Below are positions 46,378 through 55,971 of a DNA stretch of 64,000 nt, piece by piece. The notes beneath the pieces were generated by a model. The model was not told the DNA's origin. It worked only from the letters and a program-made list of their open reading frames with translations, and ran no database searches. Source of the DNA: Sedimentisphaerales bacterium. Lineage in GTDB: Bacteria; Planctomycetota; Phycisphaerae; Sedimentisphaerales; Anaerobacaceae. The DNA is taken from positions 256,001 through 320,000 of the forward strand of contig JAXGYC010000009.1 of the NCBI GenBank assembly GCA_040772485.1, given 5' to 3'. Position numbers and translations under genes: made by a program. How positions within the stretch are numbered: the first letter of the stretch is position 1; each line of letters opens with the position of its first letter.

Positions 46378-48633
46378 TTAGCGCTCGGTGACGCTGACGA
46401 GGCCGACGTCGATGTACTGGCCGCCGCCGGTCTGGTGGCAGTGGACGGCCAGGCGGTTCAGGTTCGGCTTCAGCGCCGCCTTGGCCTTCTCATCGAGCGG
46501 CACCTGCACGTATCCGGCGGTATACCCCTGGATGCTCGCGACGATCTGCCCATTGATGTAGACCTCGGCGTCTTCATCGTGGTGGATGGCCAGATGCAGC
46601 TCGGCGGGAATCGTTCCGCCCAGGTCGAAACTGCGACGCAGCCAGATGTCCGAGGAGTCCCACTTCGTGCGCACCACCGCGCCCGGCGTGCTTTCCGTGC
46701 CGAAGCCGCCTTTGCCGATCTGCCATGCGGTGTCGTCGAAATCGTCCTTCTGCCAGCCGGCGGCCGGTTCGGTCGTTGTGTAGCGCCACACCCGGCCCTC
46801 GTCCTGCGAGGTCGGCACGATGGTCTTGACGATCGGGGCCGGCAGATAGAGCTTCTCGTTGGCGGCTCGCACCTTGTCGGCGTCCATCTTGATCATGGCG
46901 CGATCGTAGGTGAGCAGGCCGTTGACCTCGATCTCCACATCGGTCGTCTGCGTGTAGACCGCCGCGCACAGGCCGCCGCCGATCAACGGTCGCAGGTTGC
47001 CGATCAGCGCCAGATACGCATCGGTGAGCGCCTCGCGCGATTCATAGCTGCGGTAACCCCAGTTCTTTTCGTCCTGCCAGGTGTGGCCTCGCACGGGCAG
47101 GCCCAGGCCGCCGAACTCGCCCAGTACGATCGCCCTGGCCTCTTCCACCGGCGGAGCCGCCGGACCCGGATAGCTGTGAATGTCGTGAACGTCGCCGACT
47201 TTGTTGTCGGTCCAGCCGCTGGCGTTGTTCACCAGGCGGCTCGGGTCGAGCTTCCTGGTCAGCTCCACGATGCGAGGCGTGTCGTACTGGCCCCACCCTT
47301 CGTTGAACGGAACCCACATCACGATGGATGGATGGTTGCCGAATGCCGCCATGATGCGGCCCCACTCCAGCTCGAACTGCTTCTTGCCTTCGTCGGTCTT
47401 GTTGTTGGCGCTGGGCATGTCCTGCCAGACGAGCAGGCCGAGCTTGTCGCACCAGTAATACCATCGGGCCGGCTCGACCTTTACGTGCTTGCGGGCCATG
47501 TTGCAGCCGAGCTGCCTGGTCACCTCGACGTCGTACCGCAGTGCCTCGTCGGTCGGCGCGGTGTAGAGCCCATCGGGCCACCAGCCCTGGTCGAGCGGGC
47601 CGTACTGAAACAGGGGCTTTCCGTTGAGGAACAGCCGGTTGATGCCTTCCTCGTCCTTCTCCAGGGAAATCTTCCGCATGCCGAAGTACGACTTCACCTC
47701 GTCGTGCACGACCGGCAGATTGAAATGGCCGAGCGTGATCTTGACATCGTAGAGGAACGGATCGTCGGGCGACCACAGATGCGGATTGGGGATGAGCACC
47801 TCGATCTGGTTCAAGCCTTTGGCTTGAGCGATCACCTCGCCGCCGGCGGAGACCTCGACCGTGACGTTGTCGCTGCGTGTGAGCCTCGTGCCCATCTCGA
47901 CGATGAGCTTGGCGCCGTCGACGTCCGGGGTGAGCTTGAGGCCCTCGATGCAGCGCCTGGACACCGGTTCCAGCCAGACTGTCTGCCAGATGCCGGTGAC
48001 CGCCGTATACCAGATGCCATGGGGCTTGCGGACCTGCTTGCCGCGCGGCTGGTCGCCCGCATCGGTGGGGTCCCAGACGGAAAGGACGATCTCCTGCGGT
48101 CCGCCGGCTCTCAGGGCGTGGGTGATGTCGAACGCAAAGGGATCGTATCCACCCTGGTGGCTGTCGATCTTCATGCCGTTGATCCAGACGGTGGCGTCCC
48201 AGTCCACGGCGCCGAAGTTCAGCAGGATGCGATTGCCCTCGCCCCATTCCCTGGGGACGTCGAAGGTGCGGCGGTACCAGAGCCGGTTGTCCGGGCCGAC
48301 CGGCTTCATCACGCCGGACAGCGCCGATTCGACCGGGAACGGCACCAGAATCTGGCCGTCGAAATCACGCGGCTGCCGCTCGTCCTTCGGCCGGATCGCA
48401 TAGTCCCACAAACCGTTGAGGTTGAGCCAGTTCTGACGGACCATCTGGGGCCGGGGGTACTCGGCGTGGACGCTGTCCGCCCGGACATCCTGCGCCCATT
48501 TCGTCATCAGAGGCCCGCTCGCGGGCTTCCACGCGGCGCCGGCGACCAGACACAGGCACGCGACCAGAATGGCCGCGAGCAGGATCGTGCGTTCATTCGA
48601 GGGTGTTGGGGGTGTTGCTGGGCTGCTGTTCAT
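46378..48633 (-). CDS. GH2 glycoside hydrolase (beta-galactosidase-like) with C-terminal jelly-roll domain
   Basis: EYPRPQ, LNGLWDYAI, LDQGWWPDG, RKHVKVEP, WVPFNEGWGQ, GEFGG, YTQTTDVE. Confidence 0.92.
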   Translation of the reverse strand: MNSSPATPPTPSNERTILLAAILVACLCLVAGAAWKPASGPLMTKWAQDVRADSVHAEYPRPQMVRQNWLNLNGLWDYAIRPKDERQPRDFDGQILVPFPVESALSGVMKPVGPDNRLWYRRTFDVPREWGEGNRILLNFGAVDWDATVWINGMKIDSHQGGYDPFAFDITHALRAGGPQEIVLSVWDPTDAGDQPRGKQVRKPHGIWYTAVTGIWQTVWLEPVSRRCIEGLKLTPDVDGAKLIVEMGTRLTRSDNVTVEVSAGGEVIAQAKGLNQIEVLIPNPHLWSPDDPFLYDVKITLGHFNLPVVHDEVKSYFGMRKISLEKDEEGINRLFLNGKPLFQYGPLDQGWWPDGLYTAPTDEALRYDVEVTRQLGCNMARKHVKVEPARWYYWCDKLGLLVWQDMPSANNKTDEGKKQFELEWGRIMAAFGNHPSIVMWVPFNEGWGQYDTPRIVELTRKLDPSRLVNNASGWTDNKVGDVHDIHSYPGPAAPPVEEARAIVLGEFGGLGLPVRGHTWQDEKNWGYRSYESREALTDAYLALIGNLRPLIGGGLCAAVYTQTTDVEIEVNGLLTYDRAMIKMDADKVRAANEKLYLPAPIVKTIVPTSQDEGRVWRYTTTEPAAGWQKDDFDDTAWQIGKGGFGTESTPGAVVRTKWDSSDIWLRRSFDLGGTIPAELHLAIHHDEDAEVYINGQIVASIQGYTAGYVQVPLDEKAKAALKPNLNRLAVHCHQTGGGQYIDVGLVSVTER

Positions 48634-48939
48634 CTTTCAACCTCCAGAGTAGGGTGTCCCAACGTATGTCGGGATCGGCGAACCTCAGAGTACGGTCTAA
48701 CGGGCCGGTTTTCAACCAAAAATGCCACATCGCCCCCCTTGGCTTTCGTCTCGAGCCGCCACGCGTTCTGCGGGCATCGCGGGATTCTGCCTGCCAATGA
48801 GGTTGTGCCGAACCCCCGTCTTGCGGTACAATGAATCCGCGAAGGTGTGTGGACGGGATACAACGGGTCGGCAGGATCACGTCATGGATGTCGCGGTTTG
48901 AGGCAAGTTCATCGGTGCGTGTTCTGCGGCTCTGGCTGT

Positions 48940-49002
48940 GTGGCGAGGGCATCTTGCCCTTGCTCTTTCTTTTCGGACACGAGGGCGAGACGCCCTCGCC
49001 AC
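48940..49002. repeat. Paired short hairpins in inverted arrangement (GTGGCGAGGGC family)
   Basis: gtggcgagggcatcttgcccttg ... gagggcgagacgccctcgccac. Confidence 0.6.
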
Positions 49003-49103
49003 GTGGGCCGGGGCTGCCAGGCAAATAGGGTCAGACGCAAGGTCTCCGCTTTCGCTTGTGGCCGGGAGCGGGTCCATGTCGAACTTCTCGAAGGAGGACG
49101 ATC

Positions 49104-52001
49104 ATGCGCACTCAATTCACGCCTGTGTTGATTCTCGCGGTGGTCTTGGGAACGTTCAATCTCAGTGTGACGCGTGCGGCCGATCCCAGTCTCGTCGGCT
49201 GGTGGAAGCTCGACGGCGGCGCCGGTGCGATCGCCGTCGATTCCAGCGGTCGCAGCGTGGACGGAGAGCTCTTCGGCAACCCGGAGTGGATGGCGAAGGC
49301 GATCTACGGAGGCGGCCTGCTGTTCGATGGGACGGATGACTACATCTTCATCGACGGCCACTTCCAGTTGGCCGAGTACACGATGACGGTCTGGTTCCGC
49401 GTGGATTCGCTGGCCCAGCGCGACATCCTGTCGGCCTACGCGGTCGGCGTGCAGCATGGCATCCTGCTGGAGGTCCAGGCCGCCGGCACGCTCCGCTACC
49501 TGCACCGGTACCCGCTGGGTACGGGGGGAGGCACGAATGTCTACAGCACCGCCTCCTACGCCGACGGCAACTGGTACCATGCAGCGATCGTCAAGTCGGC
49601 CGGCCAGATCGCGCTGTGCATCGACGGCGAGCAGATCGGCGCCGCCGCCGACACCAGTGTGTTCGATCCCACGGACTCCTTTGGCCTGGCCGTGGGCATC
49701 CTCGACAACGAGAGGGAGGTCGCTCGCCTCTTCCTCGGTCCGATGGATGACATCCGCGTGTACGATCGCGCGCTGGAGATCGGCGAGATTCGAAACGCCA
49801 TGGCAGGCCTCGGGCCCGACAGCGAAAAGGCGGGCGATCCTGTCCCATCCGATGGGGCGACGGATGTGCCTCGCGACGTGATCCTGAGCTGGAAGGCCGG
49901 CCGGTTCGCGGCGACCCACGACGTGTACCTTGGAACAGCGTTCGACGACGTGAACGACGCGGATCGAGCCAATCCAATGGGCGTGCTTCTCAGTCAGGGA
50001 CAGGCCGATGTCTCGTACGATCCGCCGGCTGTTCTCGATTTCAGCCAGACCTGCTTCTGGCGTGTCGACGAGGTCAATGCCGCCCCGGACAACACCACCT
50101 TCAAGGGCGACGTCTGGAGCTTTACGACCGAGCCGTTCGCCTACGCCGTACCGGGCGTGGTCGCCACCAGCAACGGGATCTCCGAAGCAGGCGTCGGACC
50201 GGAGAACACCGTCAACGGGTCGGGAATCGATGCCGACGATCAGCATTCCACCGCTGCGGCCGATATGTGGCTGGCCAACCCGCCGGCGGAAGGCAGCCTG
50301 TGGGTCCAATACGACCTCGGAAAAGTGTACAAACTGCACCAGATGCTCGTTTGGAACTACAACGTCATGTTCGAGTCGATCCTCGGCTTCGGGTGCAAGA
50401 ACGTGACGATCGAGTGTTCCGAGAACGGAGCGGACTGGACCGCCCTGGGCGATTTCGAATTCGCCAAGGCCACCGCAAAGGCCACGTACGCCGCCAATAC
50501 CGCGGTCGACTTCGCAGGGGTTCCCGTCCGGTTTGTCCGCCTGACGGTCAACAGCGGATGGGGCATGATGGGCCAGTTCGGCCTCAGCGAGGTGCGGTTC
50601 CTGTTCATCCCCGCACAAGCCCGCGAGCCGCAGCCGGCCGACGGCGCCACCGGCGTCGAAGTCGGCACGGCACTGGCGTGGCGCAGCGGTCGCGAGGCCG
50701 CCTCGCATGAAGTGTATCTGAGCACGGACCCGGACGCCCTGGCCCTGGCGGCCACGGTCGACTCGCCCACCTTCGCGGCGGCGCTGGAGTTCGGCAGCAC
50801 GTACTACTGGCAGGTGGTGGAGGTTAACGAGGCCGACGCCGTGACGGCATGGGCCGGCGATCTCTGGAGCTTCTCGACGCAGGAGTACGCGCTGATCGAC
50901 GACTTCGAAAGCTACAACGACGACGTCGACGCCGGCACTACCATCTTTGACACTTGGCTGGACGGCTGGGTCAACGACACCGGCTCGACGGTCGGGTACC
51001 TCACCGCTCCATTTGCGGAGAAGACCATCGTGCATGGCGGTGCGCAGTCGATGCCTCTGGCATACAACAACGAGGCCTCTCCGTGGTATTCCGAAGCGGA
51101 TCGAACGTTTGACACCGCTCAGAACTGGTTGGTGCATGGCGCCGACACTCTGGTGCTGTACGTACGAGGCATCGCTCCGGCCTTCCTCGAAAGCGCCGAT
51201 GGGAGTGTCATCATGAATGCCATCGGCACCGACATCTGGAACAACGCGGATGAATTCCGTTACGCCTACAAGAGCCTCAGCGGCGACGGCTCGATCATCG
51301 CCCGCGTCGACAGCGTGTTCCTGAGCGATGGCTGGGCCAAGGCCGGTGTGATGATCCGCGAGAGCCTGGCGCCGGGCTCCAAGCACGCGATGGTGGTGGT
51401 CACCCCGTCCAATGGCGTCTCGTTCCAGCGTCGCATCGAGACCGATGGCGCCAGCACGAGCACCGACGCGGCGGGTCTGGTCGCGCCGCATTGGGTGAAG
51501 CTGACGCGAACGAACAATACGTTTGCCGCGCAGCGCTCCGCGGACGGGCAGACCTGGATCGACATCGAAGTCAGTCCGGCCTTGACGATCTCGATGACCG
51601 CCAACGTCTACGTCGGCTTGGCGGTGACCAGCCACAGCGCGACCGTGGCGACCGGGGCCGACTTCTCCGGCATCTCGGCGACCGGGAACGTCACGGGCGC
51701 CTGGCAGGTTGCGGAGATCGGCGTCGAGCAGCCCGACACGGGCAACGCGGCCGAACCGCTCTACGTCGCCATCGAGGACAGCGCCGGCAAGGTCGGCGTC
51801 GTGACGAATCCGGACACGCTGGTCACGGCCCGAGGCTCGTGGAACCAATGGCAAATCCCGTTCACCGAGCTGACCGGCGTCAACCTGAGCCGGGTCCAGA
51901 CGATGACGATCGGCGTCGGTTCGCGGACGAGCCCGGCCGCCGGAGGAACCGGACTGATCTATATCGACGATATCGCTTTCGGCCGAGCAACCACCGAGTA
52001 G
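49104..52001 (+). CDS. Secreted modular LamG/discoidin surface protein (paralogue of 510..3353)
   Basis: AAGGAGG RBS and signal peptide. LVGWWKLDG..MDDIRVY LamG domain, same stalk modules and C-terminal domain with a 191-aa insert. Confidence 0.87.
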   Translation: MRTQFTPVLILAVVLGTFNLSVTRAADPSLVGWWKLDGGAGAIAVDSSGRSVDGELFGNPEWMAKAIYGGGLLFDGTDDYIFIDGHFQLAEYTMTVWFRVDSLAQRDILSAYAVGVQHGILLEVQAAGTLRYLHRYPLGTGGGTNVYSTASYADGNWYHAAIVKSAGQIALCIDGEQIGAAADTSVFDPTDSFGLAVGILDNEREVARLFLGPMDDIRVYDRALEIGEIRNAMAGLGPDSEKAGDPVPSDGATDVPRDVILSWKAGRFAATHDVYLGTAFDDVNDADRANPMGVLLSQGQADVSYDPPAVLDFSQTCFWRVDEVNAAPDNTTFKGDVWSFTTEPFAYAVPGVVATSNGISEAGVGPENTVNGSGIDADDQHSTAAADMWLANPPAEGSLWVQYDLGKVYKLHQMLVWNYNVMFESILGFGCKNVTIECSENGADWTALGDFEFAKATAKATYAANTAVDFAGVPVRFVRLTVNSGWGMMGQFGLSEVRFLFIPAQAREPQPADGATGVEVGTALAWRSGREAASHEVYLSTDPDALALAATVDSPTFAAALEFGSTYYWQVVEVNEADAVTAWAGDLWSFSTQEYALIDDFESYNDDVDAGTTIFDTWLDGWVNDTGSTVGYLTAPFAEKTIVHGGAQSMPLAYNNEASPWYSEADRTFDTAQNWLVHGADTLVLYVRGIAPAFLESADGSVIMNAIGTDIWNNADEFRYAYKSLSGDGSIIARVDSVFLSDGWAKAGVMIRESLAPGSKHAMVVVTPSNGVSFQRRIETDGASTSTDAAGLVAPHWVKLTRTNNTFAAQRSADGQTWIDIEVSPALTISMTANVYVGLAVTSHSATVATGADFSGISATGNVTGAWQVAEIGVEQPDTGNAAEPLYVAIEDSAGKVGVVTNPDTLVTARGSWNQWQIPFTELTGVNLSRVQTMTIGVGSRTSPAAGGTGLIYIDDIAFGRATTE

Positions 52002-52112
52002 GGCCGCCGGCAAGCGGTCGAGAACGCTGCGGATCAGGATTTCCGCACGGCCGACGATGGCTTTCTGCGCCGGGTCTGCCGCAAACGGGCGAAAAGAAAA
52101 CGCAATTGAGTC

Positions 52113-52142
52113 TTGCCCGCACAGGCCAGAAAATGGCATAAT
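52113..52142 (+). promoter_or_regulatory. Putative sigma-70 promoter
   Basis: TTGCCC-18-CATAAT with a TGG extension. Confidence 0.4.
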
Positions 52143-52255
52143 ACAACAAACTGCAAGGTTTTCGGGAACGCCGCCTGAGGCCCGTGGAAACGACGCGGAC
52201 GGGGGCGTTTTCCCGACAGGTGATATCGCACAAGGTTTTTAGACGGAGGAGCATC

Positions 52256-54607
52256 ATGTCCAGGCAGTTCATGTGTGTAGTTTGTTCCGTATTGTTGAGC
52301 ACTATCTGCGCGCCTCTGGCCGGCGCGGCGGAGGTCGCGCCGGTGATCTTCGTCGATTTCGAGGGCGCCCTGGCCGGCACGTCCTACACGCTGGGACCGC
52401 GCGAAATCGACACGACCGGCACCTTCGCCGCTCACAACGGAACCGAAGTCGTGTCCGGGGGACTGGGAATCCTCGCCGACGCGGACGGCGCCAGCCAGGA
52501 GAGTTTCCAGTTCGACGCGTCCGCGTTCAACAACAACGGAACGTCGTTTGCCGGGACGTCCTTCGTGGTCGAAGCCGTCTTCACCGCGACCGACGCCAGT
52601 GACGCGATGGCGCCCATCATGGACCTGGGCGGTCAGTGCTTCATCCGCTTCCACGACGGGCTGTCCGCCGGCAGTTGGAACGGCAGCACGGAAGTGGCCA
52701 ACAACAACATTGAAGCGATCCCGAATGTAGGCGAAACGCACCACTATGCCATCGTGTACCACGGCGCCGAGACCATCGAGTACTACAAAGACGGCGTTCT
52801 GATCTTCCAGAGCGACAACGGCTCGCCGCAGGAGATCACCACGCTGATCTCGTGGGGCAATATCCGCCACAGTTCCGTCGATGGCGGGCGGCAGCTCATC
52901 GGGCAATACGAATCAGTGGCCTTCTCCACCTTCAGCGGCACGTTCGACCCCGAGAAGGACTTCATTCTTCCGGAAGGTCCTGTGTCACGTGCCCTGGCCT
53001 TTGCGCCCACGCCGGCCCACGAAGCCACCGATGTCCCAAGGGACACCGTTCTGAGCTGGATGCCGGGGGAATTCGCCGCGACGCATGATGTCTATCTGGG
53101 GACGGCCTTCGACGACGTCAACGAGGCGAGCCGGGCCAATCCGACGGGCGTGCTCCTCAGCCAGGGGCAGGCCGAGACCGCATACGATCCGGCCGGTGTG
53201 TTCGCATTCGGCCAGACCTATTACTGGCGCGTCGATGAAGTCAACGCCGCTCCTGACAACACGATCTTCAAGGGCGAGGTCTGGAGCTTTACCGCCGAGC
53301 CGCTGGCGTATCCGATTGCCGGCGTGATCGCCACGAGCAACGGCGCCGCTCAACCCGGTGCCGGGCCGGAAAACACGGTCAACGGCTCGGGCCTCAATGA
53401 AAACGGTGAGCACTCGACCGTCAGCGAAGACATGTGGGTGACCGGCGCTCCGGCCGGCGAGCCGCTGTGGATCCAGTTCGAGTTCGATCGCGTCTACAAG
53501 CTCAACGAGCTGCGGGTCTGGAACTACAACGTGCAGTTCGAGGTGCTCCTCGGCTTCGGCATTAAGGATGTCACCATCGAGCACTCTCTGGATGGGATCG
53601 AGTGGACGGCGCTGGGAGATGCCCAGTTTGCACAGGGTACGGCAAAGGCGACCTACACCCACAATACGGCGATCGACATGGGCGGCGTCGCCGCCAAGTA
53701 CGTCCGGCTGGTCGTCAAGAGCGGTTTCGGAGTCATGGGCCAATACGGGCTCAGCGAAGTGCGGTTCATGTACATTCCGGCTCATGCTCGGGAGCCGCAA
53801 CCGGACGATGGGGCGGTGGACGTCGAACCGTCGGCGACGCTGAGCTGGCGCGCCGGGCGCGAGGCGGCTTCGCACCAGGTCTATCTGGGCGTCGATCCGG
53901 CGAACCTGGTCCTGGCCGGGACGGTTGACGCGGCGAGCTTCCAGCCGGATGACCTTGTCTTCGGCAACGTCTATTACTGGCGAGTCGACGAGGTCAACGA
54001 GGCCGCCAGCCCTGCGACGTGGGAAGGCAACCTGTGGAGCTTCACGACACAGGAATACGCGACGATCGACGACATCGAAGGCTATACCGACGACATCGAC
54101 GCCGGCCAGGCCGTCTTCCAGACCTGGATCGACGGCTGGACCAACAACACCGGATCGACCACCGGCTACGCCGAGTCGCCGTTCGCCGAGAAGGCCATCG
54201 TTCACGGCGGGCGGCAGTCGATGCCCGTAAGCTACGACAACACTTCAGCCCCGTTCTATTCCGAGATCTCGCGAACCTGGGACAGCCCGCAAGACTGGAC
54301 CGGCCACAGCGCAAACACTCTGGTGCTGCACTTCTACGGCCCCGAGGACAACACCGCCGAGACGCTGTACGTGGCGGTCGAGGACAGCGCCGGTCACGTC
54401 GCAGTCGTTGCGCATCCTGATCCCGAGGCGCTGAGGGTCGCCGCCTGGCAGTCCTGGACGATCCCCTATAGCGAGCTGGCGGGTGTGAACATGGCGCAGG
54501 TCGAGACGATGTACATCGGCGTCGGCAATCGCGCCACCCCGACCGCCGGCGGCAGCGGCCTGATCTTCTTCGACGACATCGGCTACGGCGCGCCCTTGGC
54601 CGAATAA
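52256..54607 (+). CDS. Secreted modular discoidin surface protein with divergent N-terminal jelly-roll domain (paralogue lacking the insert)
   Basis: GGAGGAG RBS and signal peptide. Same ATDVPRD..TYYWRVDEVNAAPDNTIFKG stalk. Ends IFFDDIGYG. Confidence 0.87.
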   Translation: MSRQFMCVVCSVLLSTICAPLAGAAEVAPVIFVDFEGALAGTSYTLGPREIDTTGTFAAHNGTEVVSGGLGILADADGASQESFQFDASAFNNNGTSFAGTSFVVEAVFTATDASDAMAPIMDLGGQCFIRFHDGLSAGSWNGSTEVANNNIEAIPNVGETHHYAIVYHGAETIEYYKDGVLIFQSDNGSPQEITTLISWGNIRHSSVDGGRQLIGQYESVAFSTFSGTFDPEKDFILPEGPVSRALAFAPTPAHEATDVPRDTVLSWMPGEFAATHDVYLGTAFDDVNEASRANPTGVLLSQGQAETAYDPAGVFAFGQTYYWRVDEVNAAPDNTIFKGEVWSFTAEPLAYPIAGVIATSNGAAQPGAGPENTVNGSGLNENGEHSTVSEDMWVTGAPAGEPLWIQFEFDRVYKLNELRVWNYNVQFEVLLGFGIKDVTIEHSLDGIEWTALGDAQFAQGTAKATYTHNTAIDMGGVAAKYVRLVVKSGFGVMGQYGLSEVRFMYIPAHAREPQPDDGAVDVEPSATLSWRAGREAASHQVYLGVDPANLVLAGTVDAASFQPDDLVFGNVYYWRVDEVNEAASPATWEGNLWSFTTQEYATIDDIEGYTDDIDAGQAVFQTWIDGWTNNTGSTTGYAESPFAEKAIVHGGRQSMPVSYDNTSAPFYSEISRTWDSPQDWTGHSANTLVLHFYGPEDNTAETLYVAVEDSAGHVAVVAHPDPEALRVAAWQSWTIPYSELAGVNMAQVETMYIGVGNRATPTAGGSGLIFFDDIGYGAPLAE

Positions 54608-54626
54608 CTGTGAACAAAACCGATCG

Positions 54627-54747
54627 GCAGGGGCGAGGCATGCCTCGCCCCTGCTTTCGAGGGCGATGTCGATCCCAGCGTCCGTTCGGTCCTTTGGGTC
54701 CCTTACATCCTTTGGACCCCGGAAGGACCTGAGGGACCCAAAGGACG
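54627..54747. repeat. REP palindrome plus 9-mer-arm palindrome
   Basis: GCAGGGGCGAGGCATGCCTCGCCCCTGC at 54627-54654 and gtcctttgggtccct...agggacccaaaggac at 54689-54747. Confidence 0.8.
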
Positions 54748-54809
54748 TGAGAGTCCACACAAACCGCCAGTCCCGATGTACATCGGGATCACCGAGGGCG
54801 CAAAGCCCT

Positions 54810-54838
54810 TTGACAGGCCGAAACCGGCCCTGTATACT
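54810..54838 (+). promoter_or_regulatory. Sigma-70 promoter of galM
   Basis: TTGACA-17-TATACT, near consensus. Confidence 0.75.
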
Positions 54839-54906
54839 CCGAATTCGTTTCGCGTCGCGCGTCTTGCGCGCTGCGCAGCGCACGACGTTTGAAAGGAGAT
54901 GTGCCT

Positions 54907-55947
54907 ATGAACGCGCATAAGGAACCGTTTGGACGAACCGCAGATGGCCGGGAGGCTTCCGTCTACACGCTCGCCAACTCGAAAGGGCTGCGAGCGCGGA
55001 TCACGGACTACGGGGCGACGCTCGTTTCCTTATACGTGCCGGATCGCAATGGCAACCTCGGCGACGTCGTGTTGGGATTCGACGACTTGCAGGGCTATCT
55101 CGGCCACACCGCGTACATGGGGGCCACCGTGGGCCGCTACGCCAACCGCATCGGCGGCGCCAAGTTCAAGCTCGATGGGGTCGAATACAAGCTGGCCGCC
55201 AACAACGGTCCGAACCACCTGCACGGCGGCATCAAAGGCTTCGACAAGGTCGTGTGGCATACGAAAGAGGTGGTGGCGGCCGAGGACGAGGCCTGGGTCA
55301 AGATGAGCTACCTGAGCGCCGACGGCGAGGAAGGTTACCCGGGCAACCTCCAGTGCACCGTAACCTATATGCTGACGAACGCCGACGAGCTCTGCATCAG
55401 CTACGAGGCGCGGACGGACAAGAAGACCGTGGTCAATCTGACGAATCACAGCTACTGGAACCTCGCCGGGCAGGGCAACGGCGATATTCTGGGCCACGAG
55501 CTTCAACTGGGCGCGGAGAAGTTCACGCTCATCGACAAGGGATTGATCCCGACGGGCATCCTTGCCAGTGTGCTGGACATGCCGTTGGACTTCACGCGGA
55601 CCCGGACGATCGGCTCGCGGATTCGCCAGACCGGAAACGGATACGATCACAATTATGTACTCAAAGGCAAGCCGGGCGATCTGAAATGCTGCGGCCAGGT
55701 GCACGAGTCCGGCACGGGCCGCGTCATGGAAATCCACACCACCGAGCCGGGGGTCCAGCTTTACACGGGCAACTTCCTCGATGGATTGGCGGGCAAGGGC
55801 GGCAGCCGGTACGACAAACACGCCGGTTTCTGCCTGGAAACCCAGCACTATCCCGACTCGCCAAACAAACCCAATTTCCCGTCCACCGTCCTGGAGCCGG
55901 GGCAGACCTTCGCCAGCCGGACCGTACACAAGTTCTCCACAAAGTAG
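54907..55947 (+). CDS. galM: Aldose 1-epimerase (galactose mutarotase)
   Basis: GRYANRI, HLHGG, EEGYPG, NLTNHSYWNL, YDHNY, CLETQHYPD. Confidence 0.95.
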   Translation: MNAHKEPFGRTADGREASVYTLANSKGLRARITDYGATLVSLYVPDRNGNLGDVVLGFDDLQGYLGHTAYMGATVGRYANRIGGAKFKLDGVEYKLAANNGPNHLHGGIKGFDKVVWHTKEVVAAEDEAWVKMSYLSADGEEGYPGNLQCTVTYMLTNADELCISYEARTDKKTVVNLTNHSYWNLAGQGNGDILGHELQLGAEKFTLIDKGLIPTGILASVLDMPLDFTRTRTIGSRIRQTGNGYDHNYVLKGKPGDLKCCGQVHESGTGRVMEIHTTEPGVQLYTGNFLDGLAGKGGSRYDKHAGFCLETQHYPDSPNKPNFPSTVLEPGQTFASRTVHKFSTK

Positions 55948-55971
55948 GATGGGCTTTAGCCCATGCCGTTC

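Noticed and set aside
52078..52125. c-di-GMP-I riboswitch-like GCAAAC..GAAA..ACGCAA string
   Set aside because: The required P2/P3 pairings are not evident, and the region is better explained as a promoter.
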